Shown here: positions 45,812-56,312 of the stretch, piece by piece
Numbering within the stretch: position 1 is the first letter of the stretch
Layout: each line of letters begins with the position of its first letter
Origin: Acidimicrobiaceae bacterium
Lineage (GTDB): Bacteria > Actinomycetota > Acidimicrobiia > Acidimicrobiales > Aldehydirespiratoraceae
Length of the DNA: 64,000 nucleotides
NCBI GenBank assembly: GCA_009842325.1
Contig: VYFQ01000003.1
Coordinates: forward strand, 113,459 to 177,458
Direction of reading: 5' to 3'
Notes under the pieces: model-generated
Told to the model about the DNA's origin: nothing
The model's database searches: none
What the model saw: only the letters and a program-made list of their open reading frames with translations
Position numbers and translations under genes: made by a program

Positions 45812-48800
45812 TGGCGGCAAGCCGCCGCGTCGCCGCGCAGCACGAGGACTGGCTAAACCTCACCGACGCCGAGCCGCCTTGGTTCTCGCTGCCAGCGATG
45901 CGGCGAGCGATGCCCGACGGGCTAGATCCGACACCGCCGCATGTGCGGGCCGAGCACAAGGCCCGCTGGCACAGCCACAACGGCACCGACCCGACACGTC
46001 TCGCGTCTGATCGCCGCGGCTACATCGACTGGCTGCTGTGCGACGTGCTGGGCTGGGCCGGCCATTACCTAAGCGGCGATCAGCTGCCGGCAGCCTTCTC
46101 CGCGGCCGTCACACGCCACGACGTCACCATCGAACCCACCGGCGTGTACCAGCCGGATCCCCCAGTGCCGGTAGGGCTGCTCGACCAGCCCGAACCCGAA
46201 CCCGCGGCAGGGTCTGGCGAACCGCGGGTGCTGGTGTTCGTGCTGGCCGCCGGCACCGACCCCCGCCAGCGACCCACCGGCGACACCTGGCCAGCGACAT
46301 GGGTGCAACGCGCCGCGCTGTCATGCCGCCATCACCAGGTCCCGCTCGCGCTGGTCACCGACGGAGACCACTTCACCCTCGTGCACGCACCAGAGCGCGG
46401 CGCGACCGGATGGGGCACCTGGCGCGCTTCGGAATTCGCGTCCGAGCCGGTGCTGCTGGACTCCTTCGTGTCGATCCTGCGCTCGCGGCGCTTCATCGGC
46501 GCATCGCTACAGAACACACCAGAGGCACTGCTTGTCGAGTCGGCCAGCACCCAAGCCGAGGTCACCGACCGGCTCGGCACCCAGGTCCGTCAAGCCGTCG
46601 AACTCCTCGTGAACGCAATCTCGCGGGCCGATCGCTCCCGCAGCGGAGTGCTGCTGGCCGGTGTCGGCCCGCACGAGGTCTACGAAGCGGCCGTCACCGT
46701 GATGATGCGAACCGTGTTCCTGCTCGTGGCCGAAGAGAACGACCTGTTGCCCATCGACAATCCCCACTACCGGGACCTGTACTCGATACGCATCCTGCGC
46801 GAGACCCTCGAACAGGACCAGTTCGAGCACCCCGAGGCTCTCGAGACCCGCACCACGGCCTGGCATCGGCTGCTGGCCACCAGCCGGGCCGTTCACAGCG
46901 GCATCCACCACGAAGAACTGTCGGTGCCCGCCTACGGCGGCAGCCTCTTTGATCCCGACCGGTTCCCGTTCCTGGAAGGCCGTAACACCGACAGCACCTG
47001 GACCGCCAACCCCGGCGCACCCATCGCGGTGACCGACCTCGACGTGCTCGCCATCTTGGACTCGCTGCTCGTGTTGCACTTCCGCGACCACAGCGGCGCC
47101 GCCGACACCCGACGCCTGTCGTACCGCAACGTCGACGTCGAACAGATCGGCCACATCTACGAACGGCTCCTGGACCACGACGCCGTCACCGCCGACAGCG
47201 TCGTTCTCGGACTTGTCGGCAAACCCGGCGAAGAACCCGAGATACCCCTGCCGGAGCTCGAACTCAGGATGCTGTCGGGCAGCTCGCGGCTCGTTGCGTG
47301 GCTCAGCGACCAGGACGCCGCCAAAGCCGGCCGAAAGGCGGGCACCCGCCGACAGGTAGAGAAACTCCTCGCAGAACCCGCCGACGGTCGCCTGCGGGCC
47401 GGGCTGCTGCAAGCTTGCCAAGGCGACCAGGCGCTGTTCGAGCGCATCGAACCGTTCGCGGGGCTGCTGCACCTGGACCTGCGCGGACGGCCGCTGGTGT
47501 TCCTCCCCGGCGACGTGTACGTCACCGAGACCGGATCCCGCCGCGACAGCGGCACCGCCTACACCACCCGAGAACTTGCCGACGAAGTCGTCGAGCACGC
47601 CCTAGCCCCGTTGTGCTACTCGCCCGGACCGCAAGACACAGCCGACACCACCAAATGGCGTATCCGCGAACCAGACGAGATCCTCAATCTCAACGTGTGC
47701 GACCCCGCTGTCGGTTCTGGGGCGATCCTCGTGGCCGCCTGCCGCTATCTCGCTGAGCGGCTCATCGAAGCATGGAGCGCACAAGGCGACCCGCGCGCCG
47801 CCGACACGGCTACCGCAGCCGACGACCCGAACCGGCTAGATATCGTCGTCGAGGCCCGCCGCATGGTCGCAGAACGCTGCTGCTACGGCGTTGACCGCAA
47901 CCCCATGGCCACAGAGATGGCCAAACTGTCGATGTGGCTGACCACAGTGGCCAAGGACCGGCCCTTCACGTTCCTAGACCACGCCATCAAGTCAGGCGAC
48001 AGCCTGCTGGGTATCCACAATCTGAGCCAGTTGCGCCACCTGCATTTCGACCCGGCATCCGGCAAGGCACGGCCCACACCGATCTCGGGATTCCAGAGCG
48101 GCGGCGAAGCCGCCGAGGAGGTTCAGCGTCTCATCAATCAGGCAGTCGAGCTAAGACGCGCCATGCACAGCATCGAGACCATCGGCCTCGCCAACGTCGA
48201 AGAGAAGCAGGACCTCCACCACCAGAGCGAACAACACCTGACGGCGCTCAACGCGATCGCTGACGTGCTCGCAGGCGCAGCACTGTCCACCGCCGGCGAA
48301 ACAGACCCCGACACGGCGCTCACCAGCCGGCTCGAGGCCGACGCGGCGGCCATAGTCGGACTCGTCGAAGCGCTAGACACACCCGAGCAGGCACCGGCGC
48401 TCGACAGTGCCCGCAGCCGGGCCCGTCGCCGCCTCGACGCCAGCCGCCCCGACAGCGCCCCGCCGCGGCACCCGCTGCACTGGCCCATCGCCTTCCCCGA
48501 AGTAATCAACAGGTCCAGTCCGGGCTTCGACGCGATTGTCGGCAACCCCCCGTTCCTCGGCGGGCAGCGCATTACCGGTGCTGCAGGCACCGACTACCGT
48601 AACCATCTCATCGCTTGGACCGCCAACGGTGCCAGAGGCTCAGCAGACCTCGTCGCCTACTTCTTCCTGAACGCCGCCAAGATCGCCCGATCACTCGGCT
48701 TCCTGGCCACCAACACCATCGCACAAGGCGACACCAGCGAAGTCGGCCTGACCCAGATCATCGACAACGGATGGACCATCCACCGCGCCGTGTCATCAAC

Positions 48801-49986
48801 CACCTGGCCTGGTGACACCAGCCTCGAGATAGCCAAAGTCTGGGCCACCAGCCACCCATGGAACGGCAAACGAATGCTCGACGGAAGACACGTCGCAGAG
48901 ATAGACGAGATGCTCTACCCGGTGCCAGAATCGGGGCACCGCAAGAAACGCCTCGCCGCCAACGCCGACAAGTCCTTCCAAGGCTCCATCGTGCTCGGAG
49001 CGGGTTTCATAATGAGTCACAAAGAAGCGCAGAGGCTCATAGCCAAGAATCCCCGCAACGGAGACGTGTTGATGCCCTATCTCGGCGGAGAGGACCTCAA
49101 CAAGTCGCCCACCCAGGAGGCGTCCAGGTCGATCATCAACTTCCACGACTGGCCTAAGGAGAAGGCCGAAGATTATCCCGACTGCTTCGCCATCGTGGAA
49201 CAGAAGGTCAAGCCCATTCGCCAGGAGCGTAAGCCGAACGGCGACTTCAAGAAGCGCAAGCCGCTGCCGCAGCTCTACTGGATCTACGCCGAGAAACGTC
49301 CAAAGCTGTATCGCACGATCAAGCCGTTGGAGAGGGTGCTGGCGATCTCAAGAGTGAGCAAGACCGTCCAGCCCGTATTCGTTCCGCCTGGGCAGGTACT
49401 GGCAGACTCGACAGTCGTATTCGCGTACGACGACGACTTCCATTTCGGGGTACTGACATCGGGGTTCCACTACCGCTGGGCCGTACGCCATGGCTCCACA
49501 CTGGAGACCCGAGTGCGGTACACGCCGTCGGACGTGTTCGAGACGTTCCCACAGCCGCCGGTCGCCGACGAGGTGGCATCCACCGGGCAGGTTCTCGATC
49601 TGCACAGGTCGAAGCTGATGCTCAGCCGCGATCTGGGGTTGACCAGCGTCTACAACCTCGTCCACGACCCCGAGGTGGACGAGGACGGGGACATCGAGCG
49701 GCTCCGATCCCTGCACATCGAGTTGGATCTGGCGTTGCGGGACGCCTATGGATGGTCCGAGGTGGAGTTGGAGCACGACTTTTACCCCGTGCGCGGCCAA
49801 GGAGTGCGGTTCACGTTCTCCCCTCGGGCCGCTGGCGAGGTGCTGGACCGGCTGCTGGAGCTGAACAAGGAACGATATGAGGCTGAGACCGCGGCGGGGC
49901 TGCACGAGTCGGCGACGGCGAGGAGGCTGAAGGCCACCGAGAAGGTTGCTGCTGGTCAGGGGTCGCTGTTGGGGGATGACCGGTGA
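45811..49986 (+). CDS. drmMI: DISARM class 1 N6-adenine DNA methyltransferase (type IIG/Eco57I-like)
   Basis: ATG at 45811 overlaps the drmD TGA by 1 nt. VCDPAVGSGAIL (SAM motif I) and AIVGNPPFLGG (NPPF motif IV). 1391 aa. The ORF-track extension from 45172 overlaps drmD and is rejected. Confidence 0.85.
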   Translation: MAASRRVAAQHEDWLNLTDAEPPWFSLPAMRRAMPDGLDPTPPHVRAEHKARWHSHNGTDPTRLASDRRGYIDWLLCDVLGWAGHYLSGDQLPAAFSAAVTRHDVTIEPTGVYQPDPPVPVGLLDQPEPEPAAGSGEPRVLVFVLAAGTDPRQRPTGDTWPATWVQRAALSCRHHQVPLALVTDGDHFTLVHAPERGATGWGTWRASEFASEPVLLDSFVSILRSRRFIGASLQNTPEALLVESASTQAEVTDRLGTQVRQAVELLVNAISRADRSRSGVLLAGVGPHEVYEAAVTVMMRTVFLLVAEENDLLPIDNPHYRDLYSIRILRETLEQDQFEHPEALETRTTAWHRLLATSRAVHSGIHHEELSVPAYGGSLFDPDRFPFLEGRNTDSTWTANPGAPIAVTDLDVLAILDSLLVLHFRDHSGAADTRRLSYRNVDVEQIGHIYERLLDHDAVTADSVVLGLVGKPGEEPEIPLPELELRMLSGSSRLVAWLSDQDAAKAGRKAGTRRQVEKLLAEPADGRLRAGLLQACQGDQALFERIEPFAGLLHLDLRGRPLVFLPGDVYVTETGSRRDSGTAYTTRELADEVVEHALAPLCYSPGPQDTADTTKWRIREPDEILNLNVCDPAVGSGAILVAACRYLAERLIEAWSAQGDPRAADTATAADDPNRLDIVVEARRMVAERCCYGVDRNPMATEMAKLSMWLTTVAKDRPFTFLDHAIKSGDSLLGIHNLSQLRHLHFDPASGKARPTPISGFQSGGEAAEEVQRLINQAVELRRAMHSIETIGLANVEEKQDLHHQSEQHLTALNAIADVLAGAALSTAGETDPDTALTSRLEADAAAIVGLVEALDTPEQAPALDSARSRARRRLDASRPDSAPPRHPLHWPIAFPEVINRSSPGFDAIVGNPPFLGGQRITGAAGTDYRNHLIAWTANGARGSADLVAYFFLNAAKIARSLGFLATNTIAQGDTSEVGLTQIIDNGWTIHRAVSSTTWPGDTSLEIAKVWATSHPWNGKRMLDGRHVAEIDEMLYPVPESGHRKKRLAANADKSFQGSIVLGAGFIMSHKEAQRLIAKNPRNGDVLMPYLGGEDLNKSPTQEASRSIINFHDWPKEKAEDYPDCFAIVEQKVKPIRQERKPNGDFKKRKPLPQLYWIYAEKRPKLYRTIKPLERVLAISRVSKTVQPVFVPPGQVLADSTVVFAYDDDFHFGVLTSGFHYRWAVRHGSTLETRVRYTPSDVFETFPQPPVADEVASTGQVLDLHRSKLMLSRDLGLTSVYNLVHDPEVDEDGDIERLRSLHIELDLALRDAYGWSEVELEHDFYPVRGQGVRFTFSPRAAGEVLDRLLELNKERYEAETAAGLHESATARRLKATEKVAAGQGSLLGDDR

Positions 49987-52900
49987 CCGAGTCGTATGGG
50001 TCACTGTCTGATCGCAGCGCGTGGGGTCTGAGAGCAGAGCTCGTGGCTCGCGTCACTGCAGATTTGATGGGTCCGCTGGAGGGCGACACCGAGGTGATCG
50101 AGGGATATCAGAAGGTTGACGGCAACTGGTCGCCTCCGGGGCGGGTGCGGGACCGGTATCTGGTGGGGATGCTGGCCCCCAAGGGCACCGTCGCGGTTGA
50201 TCCTGAACGCGACGACGACGTCGGCCCCGAGGAGGGCGACGACGCCGCCGACGGCGGTGTGCAGGACGGGCGCAGCCCCAGGATGGTGCTGGCGCAGTCG
50301 TCGATGGGCCTGTCGGTGGTGGTCGACGCGTCTGTTGAGAGTCTGGTCGCTCGCTGTCGTTGGGGTCAGTACGACAAGGAGTCCCGACAGCGCGATGACG
50401 GTTCCCGAGCGTCGGTTTGGGTTCGTCGCCCGGTACAGGTCGACGTGCCAGTCGCGTTGGCGGAGGGCGAGTTCGGGCGTATGGATGTCGACGGCGAGGG
50501 GATCGCGCTGAGGGGCCGGGCCACCCGCTCGGGTGGCGGGTTGTGGCTGGTGACGGTGTTCTTGTCCAATGAACGTGAGCAAGCCGAGCGAAACAGGGAC
50601 AGCCGATGGATGTTCCAGGCCGGGCTTGAGCTGTTCGCAGTCGACGGCGCGGCGGTGTTCTTGGGCCGTGATGGGATTCTGGTGGAGGCTGCGGCTGCTT
50701 CGCAGTGGGAGCGCGACGAGGTGGCGCAACTTGATTTGCAGTACCGCGACACTGTGGAGTTCGCGGTCGGTCACGGCGTCGGCACGGACGTGGAGGTGTC
50801 TGCTTCGGATCCGCGGCGGGCCGTACGGGCCGCTACTGCAGTCATCCCCAGCTATGAGGTTTGGCGCACCGACGCGCCGCGTGCCGAGACGACTCCGCAG
50901 CTGGCCGGGCTGGTGACCGACATGAAGAAGCTGTCGGAACTGGATCCCGATGGTCTGCGGGCGGCGCTGTTGCCGCTGTCGGAGGGATACCGGCAGTGGT
51001 TGGACACCGAAGCGGCCCGCATTGATGACCCTGCGGCGCGTCTTGAGGGCCATGAGCAGGCCGCCCGAGCCGCGATCGGTCAGGCCCGGCAGATGGCTGA
51101 CGCCATTGAGGTGGGAATCGAGATGGTTTGTTCGGACGTCGACGCGTTGGAGGCGTTCCGGTTCGCGAATGAGGCGATGCGTCTGCAGCGTGTCCACACA
51201 GTCGCCATTGAGGCCAGGCGCCGAGATCCCGAGCTGGGGCTGCGGGACGCTGTCGAGGCTGCCGATGTGCCCGAGAACCGGTCTTGGCGGCCGTTCCAGC
51301 TCGCGTTCATCTTGTTGTGCGTGCCGTCGCTGAGCGACGCTGCGCACGCCGAGCGATCCCACGACGACGCGTTGGCTGACTTGTTGTTCTTCCCGACCGG
51401 CGGCGGCAAGACCGAGGCGTATCTGGGGTTGGTGGCTTTCACGCTGGCCACCAGGCGGCTCCAGGGCGTTGTCGGTGAGGGCGAGGCGGCGGTTGACGGA
51501 CGCGACGGGGTGGCGGTGCTGATGCGGTACACGCTGCGACTGCTGACTGCTCAGCAGTTCCAGCGTGCCGCGACGTTGATGTGCGCGGCAGAACTGCTGC
51601 GCCAGGCTCGCGCCGACAGAGACGACCGCTATGGGGGTGTGCCGTTCCGGCTCGGGATGTGGGTCGGGGCTTCGGTGACTCCCAACAAGGCCCGCGACGC
51701 GGAGCGCTTCGCGCAAGACGCTCGTGTGGGGGGTTACAGCGGTGGCCAGTCGACCCCGATTCAGCTCAGCGACTGTCCGTGGTGCGGTACCAGCATCGAC
51801 GCCGGAACCGACTGCCGCTACGACGAGGCACTCGAACGGTTCTTGGTGTTCTGCGGCAACGCCCAGGAGTGCGCGTTCACCGAGGCGCACACGTCTGGTG
51901 AGGGGCTCCCCGTCGTCACAGTCGATGAGGAGATCTACCGGCTGGTGCCGTCGTTCGTCATTGGCACCGTCGACAAGTTCGCGCAGCTTCCCTGGAACGG
52001 CGCCACCTCCACGCTGTTCGGCCAGGTCGAGTCTCGCTGTGAACGCCACGGCTACCGCAACGCCGACCTTGATCGTTCCCACCGGTCGCATTGGCAAGAA
52101 CGGGACTCTCACATGCCCCTTGACGGCCATCCCGCGGCCCGCACCGTGCCGTCTGGACGGCTACGTCCGCCTGACCTGATCATCCAGGACGAGATGCATC
52201 TGGTGACCGGACCGCTGGGAACGATGGCCGGGCTGTATGAGACCGCAATCGACCGGCTCGCCACCTGGAACTATGAGGGGAAGCCGGTACGGCCGAAGGT
52301 GGTCGCGTCGACCGCCACGACCCGCAGAGCCCGCCAGCAGGCATGGTCGGTGTTCTGGCGCAAGCTGCGGGTGTTCCCGCCTCCGGTCGTGGACGTGCAC
52401 CGGTCGTTCTTCGCTGAGCAAACCCAGCCCAGCCCCCAAAGCCCAGGACGTCTGTACCTGGGGGTCTGCGCGCACGGCGAACGCCTCAAGCAGGTCGAGC
52501 TGCGGGTGTTCTCCTCGGTGATGGCCGCCGCCAAGGCCATCGCCGACGAACTCGGCGACGACGCCGCGGCGGCCGATCCGTGGATGACCACCGTCGGGTA
52601 CTTCAACGCGGTGCGCGAGCTCGCCGGGATGCGCCGCATGGCCGAGGACGAACTCCGCACCAAACTCCGCCGGAGCAGGTTCACGCCCGGCCTGGCGAAC
52701 CGTCCCAGCGTGGAGCTCAAAGAACTCACCTCACGGGTGTCCTCTGACGACATTAAAGCGATCCTGCGCCAGCTGTTCATCACCCATGATCCCGACCGGT
52801 CCACCGACAGCGAACGGCCCATCGATTTGCTGTTGGCGACCAACATGATCTCGGTGGGTGTGGACGTGCCCCGCCTCGCTTCGATGGTCGTCGTCGGCCA

Positions 52901-53624
52901 GCCCAAGGCCACCGCCGAGTACATCCAAGCCACCTCCAGAGTCGGCCGAGACCCCAAAGGCCCGGGTCTGGTCATCACGCTCTACAACTGGGCTCGGCCC
53001 CGGGACCTGTCCCACTACGAGACGTTCAGCCACTACCACGCCACCTTCTACCGTCACGTCGAGCCGCTGTCCGTCACCCCGTTTTCAGAACGTGCGCTCG
53101 ACAAAGGACTCACCGGGGTACTCGTGTCGGCGGTCCGCCACGCCGATCACGACTGGAACCCCAACCCGTCGGCCCGCAACCTCAACCGCCCCGATCCGCG
53201 CATCGCCGCGCATGTCGACGCCATCGCGCAGCGGGCCGGGTCCGTGACCGGTGACCAGAAGGCCTCTGCGCTGGCGGCCAACATGGCCAACGACCGCCTG
53301 GACGCCTGGCATCGCCAGACCGCGCTGCGGCCCCAGCTGTCATACGCGGAGCGCACCTCTGACGATGTGGCGCTGCTGTGCAGGCCGGAGGCCGGCGACT
53401 GGGAAATGTGGACGTGCCCCAACTCGCTTCGCGACACCGAAGTGCAAGCCAACCTCCAGATAGTCACAGAAGATCCCGGCTACGAGTCCGGCGCCCACCC
53501 CGAGATCGTCCTGGGCCAGACAGCACACACCGAACGCACAGCCACCGTCGACGACGAAGAAGTGGAAGACGCGATCGAAGCCGACGAGGCCGAGGCCCAA
53601 GCCGCCCGAGGGGCCCGCTCATGA
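49983..53624 (+). CDS. drmA: DISARM helicase-domain protein
   Basis: GTGA overlap with drmMI. FFPTGGGKTEAYLGL, IIQDEMHLV (DExH), VASTATTRRA, LLATNMISVGVDVPRL, QATSRVGRD. Confidence 0.85.
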   Translation: MTESYGSLSDRSAWGLRAELVARVTADLMGPLEGDTEVIEGYQKVDGNWSPPGRVRDRYLVGMLAPKGTVAVDPERDDDVGPEEGDDAADGGVQDGRSPRMVLAQSSMGLSVVVDASVESLVARCRWGQYDKESRQRDDGSRASVWVRRPVQVDVPVALAEGEFGRMDVDGEGIALRGRATRSGGGLWLVTVFLSNEREQAERNRDSRWMFQAGLELFAVDGAAVFLGRDGILVEAAAASQWERDEVAQLDLQYRDTVEFAVGHGVGTDVEVSASDPRRAVRAATAVIPSYEVWRTDAPRAETTPQLAGLVTDMKKLSELDPDGLRAALLPLSEGYRQWLDTEAARIDDPAARLEGHEQAARAAIGQARQMADAIEVGIEMVCSDVDALEAFRFANEAMRLQRVHTVAIEARRRDPELGLRDAVEAADVPENRSWRPFQLAFILLCVPSLSDAAHAERSHDDALADLLFFPTGGGKTEAYLGLVAFTLATRRLQGVVGEGEAAVDGRDGVAVLMRYTLRLLTAQQFQRAATLMCAAELLRQARADRDDRYGGVPFRLGMWVGASVTPNKARDAERFAQDARVGGYSGGQSTPIQLSDCPWCGTSIDAGTDCRYDEALERFLVFCGNAQECAFTEAHTSGEGLPVVTVDEEIYRLVPSFVIGTVDKFAQLPWNGATSTLFGQVESRCERHGYRNADLDRSHRSHWQERDSHMPLDGHPAARTVPSGRLRPPDLIIQDEMHLVTGPLGTMAGLYETAIDRLATWNYEGKPVRPKVVASTATTRRARQQAWSVFWRKLRVFPPPVVDVHRSFFAEQTQPSPQSPGRLYLGVCAHGERLKQVELRVFSSVMAAAKAIADELGDDAAAADPWMTTVGYFNAVRELAGMRRMAEDELRTKLRRSRFTPGLANRPSVELKELTSRVSSDDIKAILRQLFITHDPDRSTDSERPIDLLLATNMISVGVDVPRLASMVVVGQPKATAEYIQATSRVGRDPKGPGLVITLYNWARPRDLSHYETFSHYHATFYRHVEPLSVTPFSERALDKGLTGVLVSAVRHADHDWNPNPSARNLNRPDPRIAAHVDAIAQRAGSVTGDQKASALAANMANDRLDAWHRQTALRPQLSYAERTSDDVALLCRPEAGDWEMWTCPNSLRDTEVQANLQIVTEDPGYESGAHPEIVLGQTAHTERTATVDDEEVEDAIEADEAEAQAARGARS

Positions 53625-55483
53625 GCCCGGCACGCAGAGGCCAGTACCAGTCGCGGCGCGTCGGCGGTGTGCGCCCGTCGCAGATGATCCACACCTACGG
53701 CCCCGGAGCGGTCATGGACCTGCCCCAGCTTTCGGTGGTGCTCACCGGCACAGACCAGTGGAAGCTCGAGCACACCGAACGGATCCTCGAGCCGCGGCTG
53801 ATCGGCGCGGTGCGCTCAGTGCCCGGCTGCCACCGCGTCGCGGAGTTTCGCACCCCGCCCTGGCAAGAGGAAACGTCCAACCCGTTCGACGAATGGGCCC
53901 GCATCGGTGTGCCGGTGCATCCGTTCCCGAGATGGCTGCGCTGCACCCAGTGCGACCTGCTGGCACCGGTTGACCGGCACAGGTTCCGGCTTGATGTGCC
54001 CGTCTTCAGGCCCGACAAGGCCCGCTACTTCCACGATCGCTGCCACAGCCGCCGCCCCAGCGCGGTGCCGGCCCGGTTCTTGATCGCCTGCGCCGCTGGG
54101 CATCTCGACGACTTCCCCTGGGAGCAGTACACCCACCGCGGCGCTCCCTGCGCCGACGCGCCGGTGCTGGAGCTCAAAGAGGTGGGAAGAGCCAGCCGAG
54201 CCACCGACGTGCGCGTCGTGTGCAAGGCCTGCGGCGCCAACCGCGTTGTGCACGACGCGTTCGGTCCCGAAGCCGACGCCCATCTGCCGCGCTGCCGGGG
54301 CAGGCACCCCCACCTGCAACGCTTCGACCCGACCTGCGATCAGCCCACACGTGCGCTGCTGCTGGGCGCGTCCAACGCCTGGTTCGCGGTCTACCGGTCA
54401 GCTTTGACGATCCCGACCGTGAGCGGCGCCATCGCACAGAAAGTCGTAGAGCACTGGGACCTTCTCGAAGACATCGAAGACCGCGCAGAGTTCGACTTCA
54501 TCATCAAACGCCTGACCAAGGGCGCAGGCGAGAAGCCGCTGCGGTGGCTGCTGCGCTATGACCCCGACGACGTGTGGACAGCCATCAGCGATCGCCGCGA
54601 CGGCGAAGACACCGGAACCGGCCTAGCCGCTGGCGATCTGCGCGGACCCGAATGGGAGGCGTTCACCGCGGCCGTGCCCCCGCAGTCCGACGACTTCAAA
54701 GTCACAGCACTGTCTGTCCCCAGCGGGTTCAACATGACCCTCGGACATCCCGTCGCGGTCGACCGGCTGCGCGAAGTGCAAGCGCTGTGCGGGTTCACCC
54801 GCATCGACGGTCCCGACGAAGCCGATCCGGCCCGGATCGCGCCGATCTGGAAGGACCCCCAGCCGTGGCTTCCCGCTGCTGAGGTCCGCGGCGAGGGGAT
54901 CCTCATCACACTTCCCGAGAACCGGGTCGAGCAATGGGAACGCGACTACCGAGAAAGCAGCCGCTACCAGCACCTGCAGCAAGCCACCCGCAACTGGCGC
55001 ACCCGACGCCGACTGGAACCCGACGACAGTGCGACACCCCCGCCGCGGTTCGTGCTGCTGCACACATTGTCGCATCTGCTCATCAACCAGGTAGCGCTCG
55101 ACTGTGGCTACTCCACCGCGTCGATCCGCGAGCGCCTCTACTGCCGCGAGTCAGGCCACCCCGACGGAGCGCCGATGGCGGGAGTTCTGCTGTACACCGC
55201 GGCCCCCGACTCCGAAGGCACCCTGGGCGGCCTGGTTGCCCTCGCCGAACCAGCCCGGCTGGCTGCGGCGCTCAGGGACTCTCTCAACCGGGCCAAGCTC
55301 TGCTCCACCGACCCCATGTGCTCCGACCACCACGCCGGAGACCTCGGCGACACGCTCCACAACGCCGCCTGCCATGCGTGCCTATTCGCGCCAGAAACAT
55401 CCTGCGAATCGGGCAACCGCTATCTCGACCGGGCCGCCGCGGTACCGATCCTCGGTCACCCACAGGACGCCTACTTCACATGA
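53621..55483 (+). CDS. drmB: DISARM DUF1998 protein
   Basis: ATGA overlap with drmA. Cys clusters (LRCTQCD, VVCKACG) and the C-terminal signature AACHACLFAPETSCESGNRYLDR typical of DUF1998. Confidence 0.8.
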   Translation: MSPARRGQYQSRRVGGVRPSQMIHTYGPGAVMDLPQLSVVLTGTDQWKLEHTERILEPRLIGAVRSVPGCHRVAEFRTPPWQEETSNPFDEWARIGVPVHPFPRWLRCTQCDLLAPVDRHRFRLDVPVFRPDKARYFHDRCHSRRPSAVPARFLIACAAGHLDDFPWEQYTHRGAPCADAPVLELKEVGRASRATDVRVVCKACGANRVVHDAFGPEADAHLPRCRGRHPHLQRFDPTCDQPTRALLLGASNAWFAVYRSALTIPTVSGAIAQKVVEHWDLLEDIEDRAEFDFIIKRLTKGAGEKPLRWLLRYDPDDVWTAISDRRDGEDTGTGLAAGDLRGPEWEAFTAAVPPQSDDFKVTALSVPSGFNMTLGHPVAVDRLREVQALCGFTRIDGPDEADPARIAPIWKDPQPWLPAAEVRGEGILITLPENRVEQWERDYRESSRYQHLQQATRNWRTRRRLEPDDSATPPPRFVLLHTLSHLLINQVALDCGYSTASIRERLYCRESGHPDGAPMAGVLLYTAAPDSEGTLGGLVALAEPARLAAALRDSLNRAKLCSTDPMCSDHHAGDLGDTLHNAACHACLFAPETSCESGNRYLDRAAAVPILGHPQDAYFT

Positions 55484-56262
55484 ACGACTCCCTCACCGAC
55501 GCGATCGCCGACGCCGCTCTCCACATCCCCGGACAACACCTCGTAACGGCTGCCGCAGCGATCCAAGACTTCCCTCGATGCTCACCGGAATCTCAAGCAG
55601 CGCTGATCAACGTCATCCCCGCCTCCAACTACCGCAGGCACGCGACAACCATCGCCCAAGCCTGGAATGACCGCTCCGGCTTGGCCGGGGCGGCGGTGGC
55701 GGCAGCCCTACGTTCGGCAGCCGCGACCGCTGCGGCCGCCCGGGCCGAGCACGCTGCCAGCCTGGTGTGGACGGGACCCACCACAGAGGTCACCGGCCTG
55801 CGTGCCACCCGCTCAGTGCTCGACGAGCTCGTGGCCAACGCCACCCGCAGCCTCGTGCTGGTGTCGTTCGTCAGCTACGACGTCGCCGAACTCACCGAGA
55901 GCCTCGCTAACGCCATCGCGCGAGGGGTAGATGTGACACTCATCCTCGAAACCCCTGACGACCCTGGCGGTCCGCTCACAGTCGACACCGACCACCCATT
56001 CAAGCCGATCAAGGCAACCGCAAGCTTCTACCGATGGCCCTCAGAAGCCCGTGAGGTATTCTTCGCGTCGACGGCCCGTCTCCATGCAAAATGCGTAATC
56101 GCCGACCGCTCGGCTGCGTTGATCACTAGCGCGAACCTCACCAGCGCCGGCATCAACGACAACATCGAGCTGGGCGTCTTGATCGAAGCAGGTCCGCTAC
56201 CGATCAGGCTCAGCCGTCATCTAGACCTCCTAATCGAGCAGGGGATACTGGAACCAGCCTGA
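55480..56262 (+). CDS. drmC: DISARM phospholipase-D-family nuclease
   Basis: ATGA overlap with drmB. HxK motif LHAKCVIADRSAALITSANLTSAG. Confidence 0.85.
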   Translation: MNDSLTDAIADAALHIPGQHLVTAAAAIQDFPRCSPESQAALINVIPASNYRRHATTIAQAWNDRSGLAGAAVAAALRSAAATAAAARAEHAASLVWTGPTTEVTGLRATRSVLDELVANATRSLVLVSFVSYDVAELTESLANAIARGVDVTLILETPDDPGGPLTVDTDHPFKPIKATASFYRWPSEAREVFFASTARLHAKCVIADRSAALITSANLTSAGINDNIELGVLIEAGPLPIRLSRHLDLLIEQGILEPA

Positions 56263-56312
56263 GCAGATTCGCCTTGTCGCACTCGGAGTCTCTGTCGCCC
56301 GTTCCTGGCGCA

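Noticed and set aside
50001-52130. 709-aa minus-strand ORF
   Set aside because: It is antisense to drmA, whose helicase motifs are unambiguous. The composition is Arg/Pro/Leu/His-rich.
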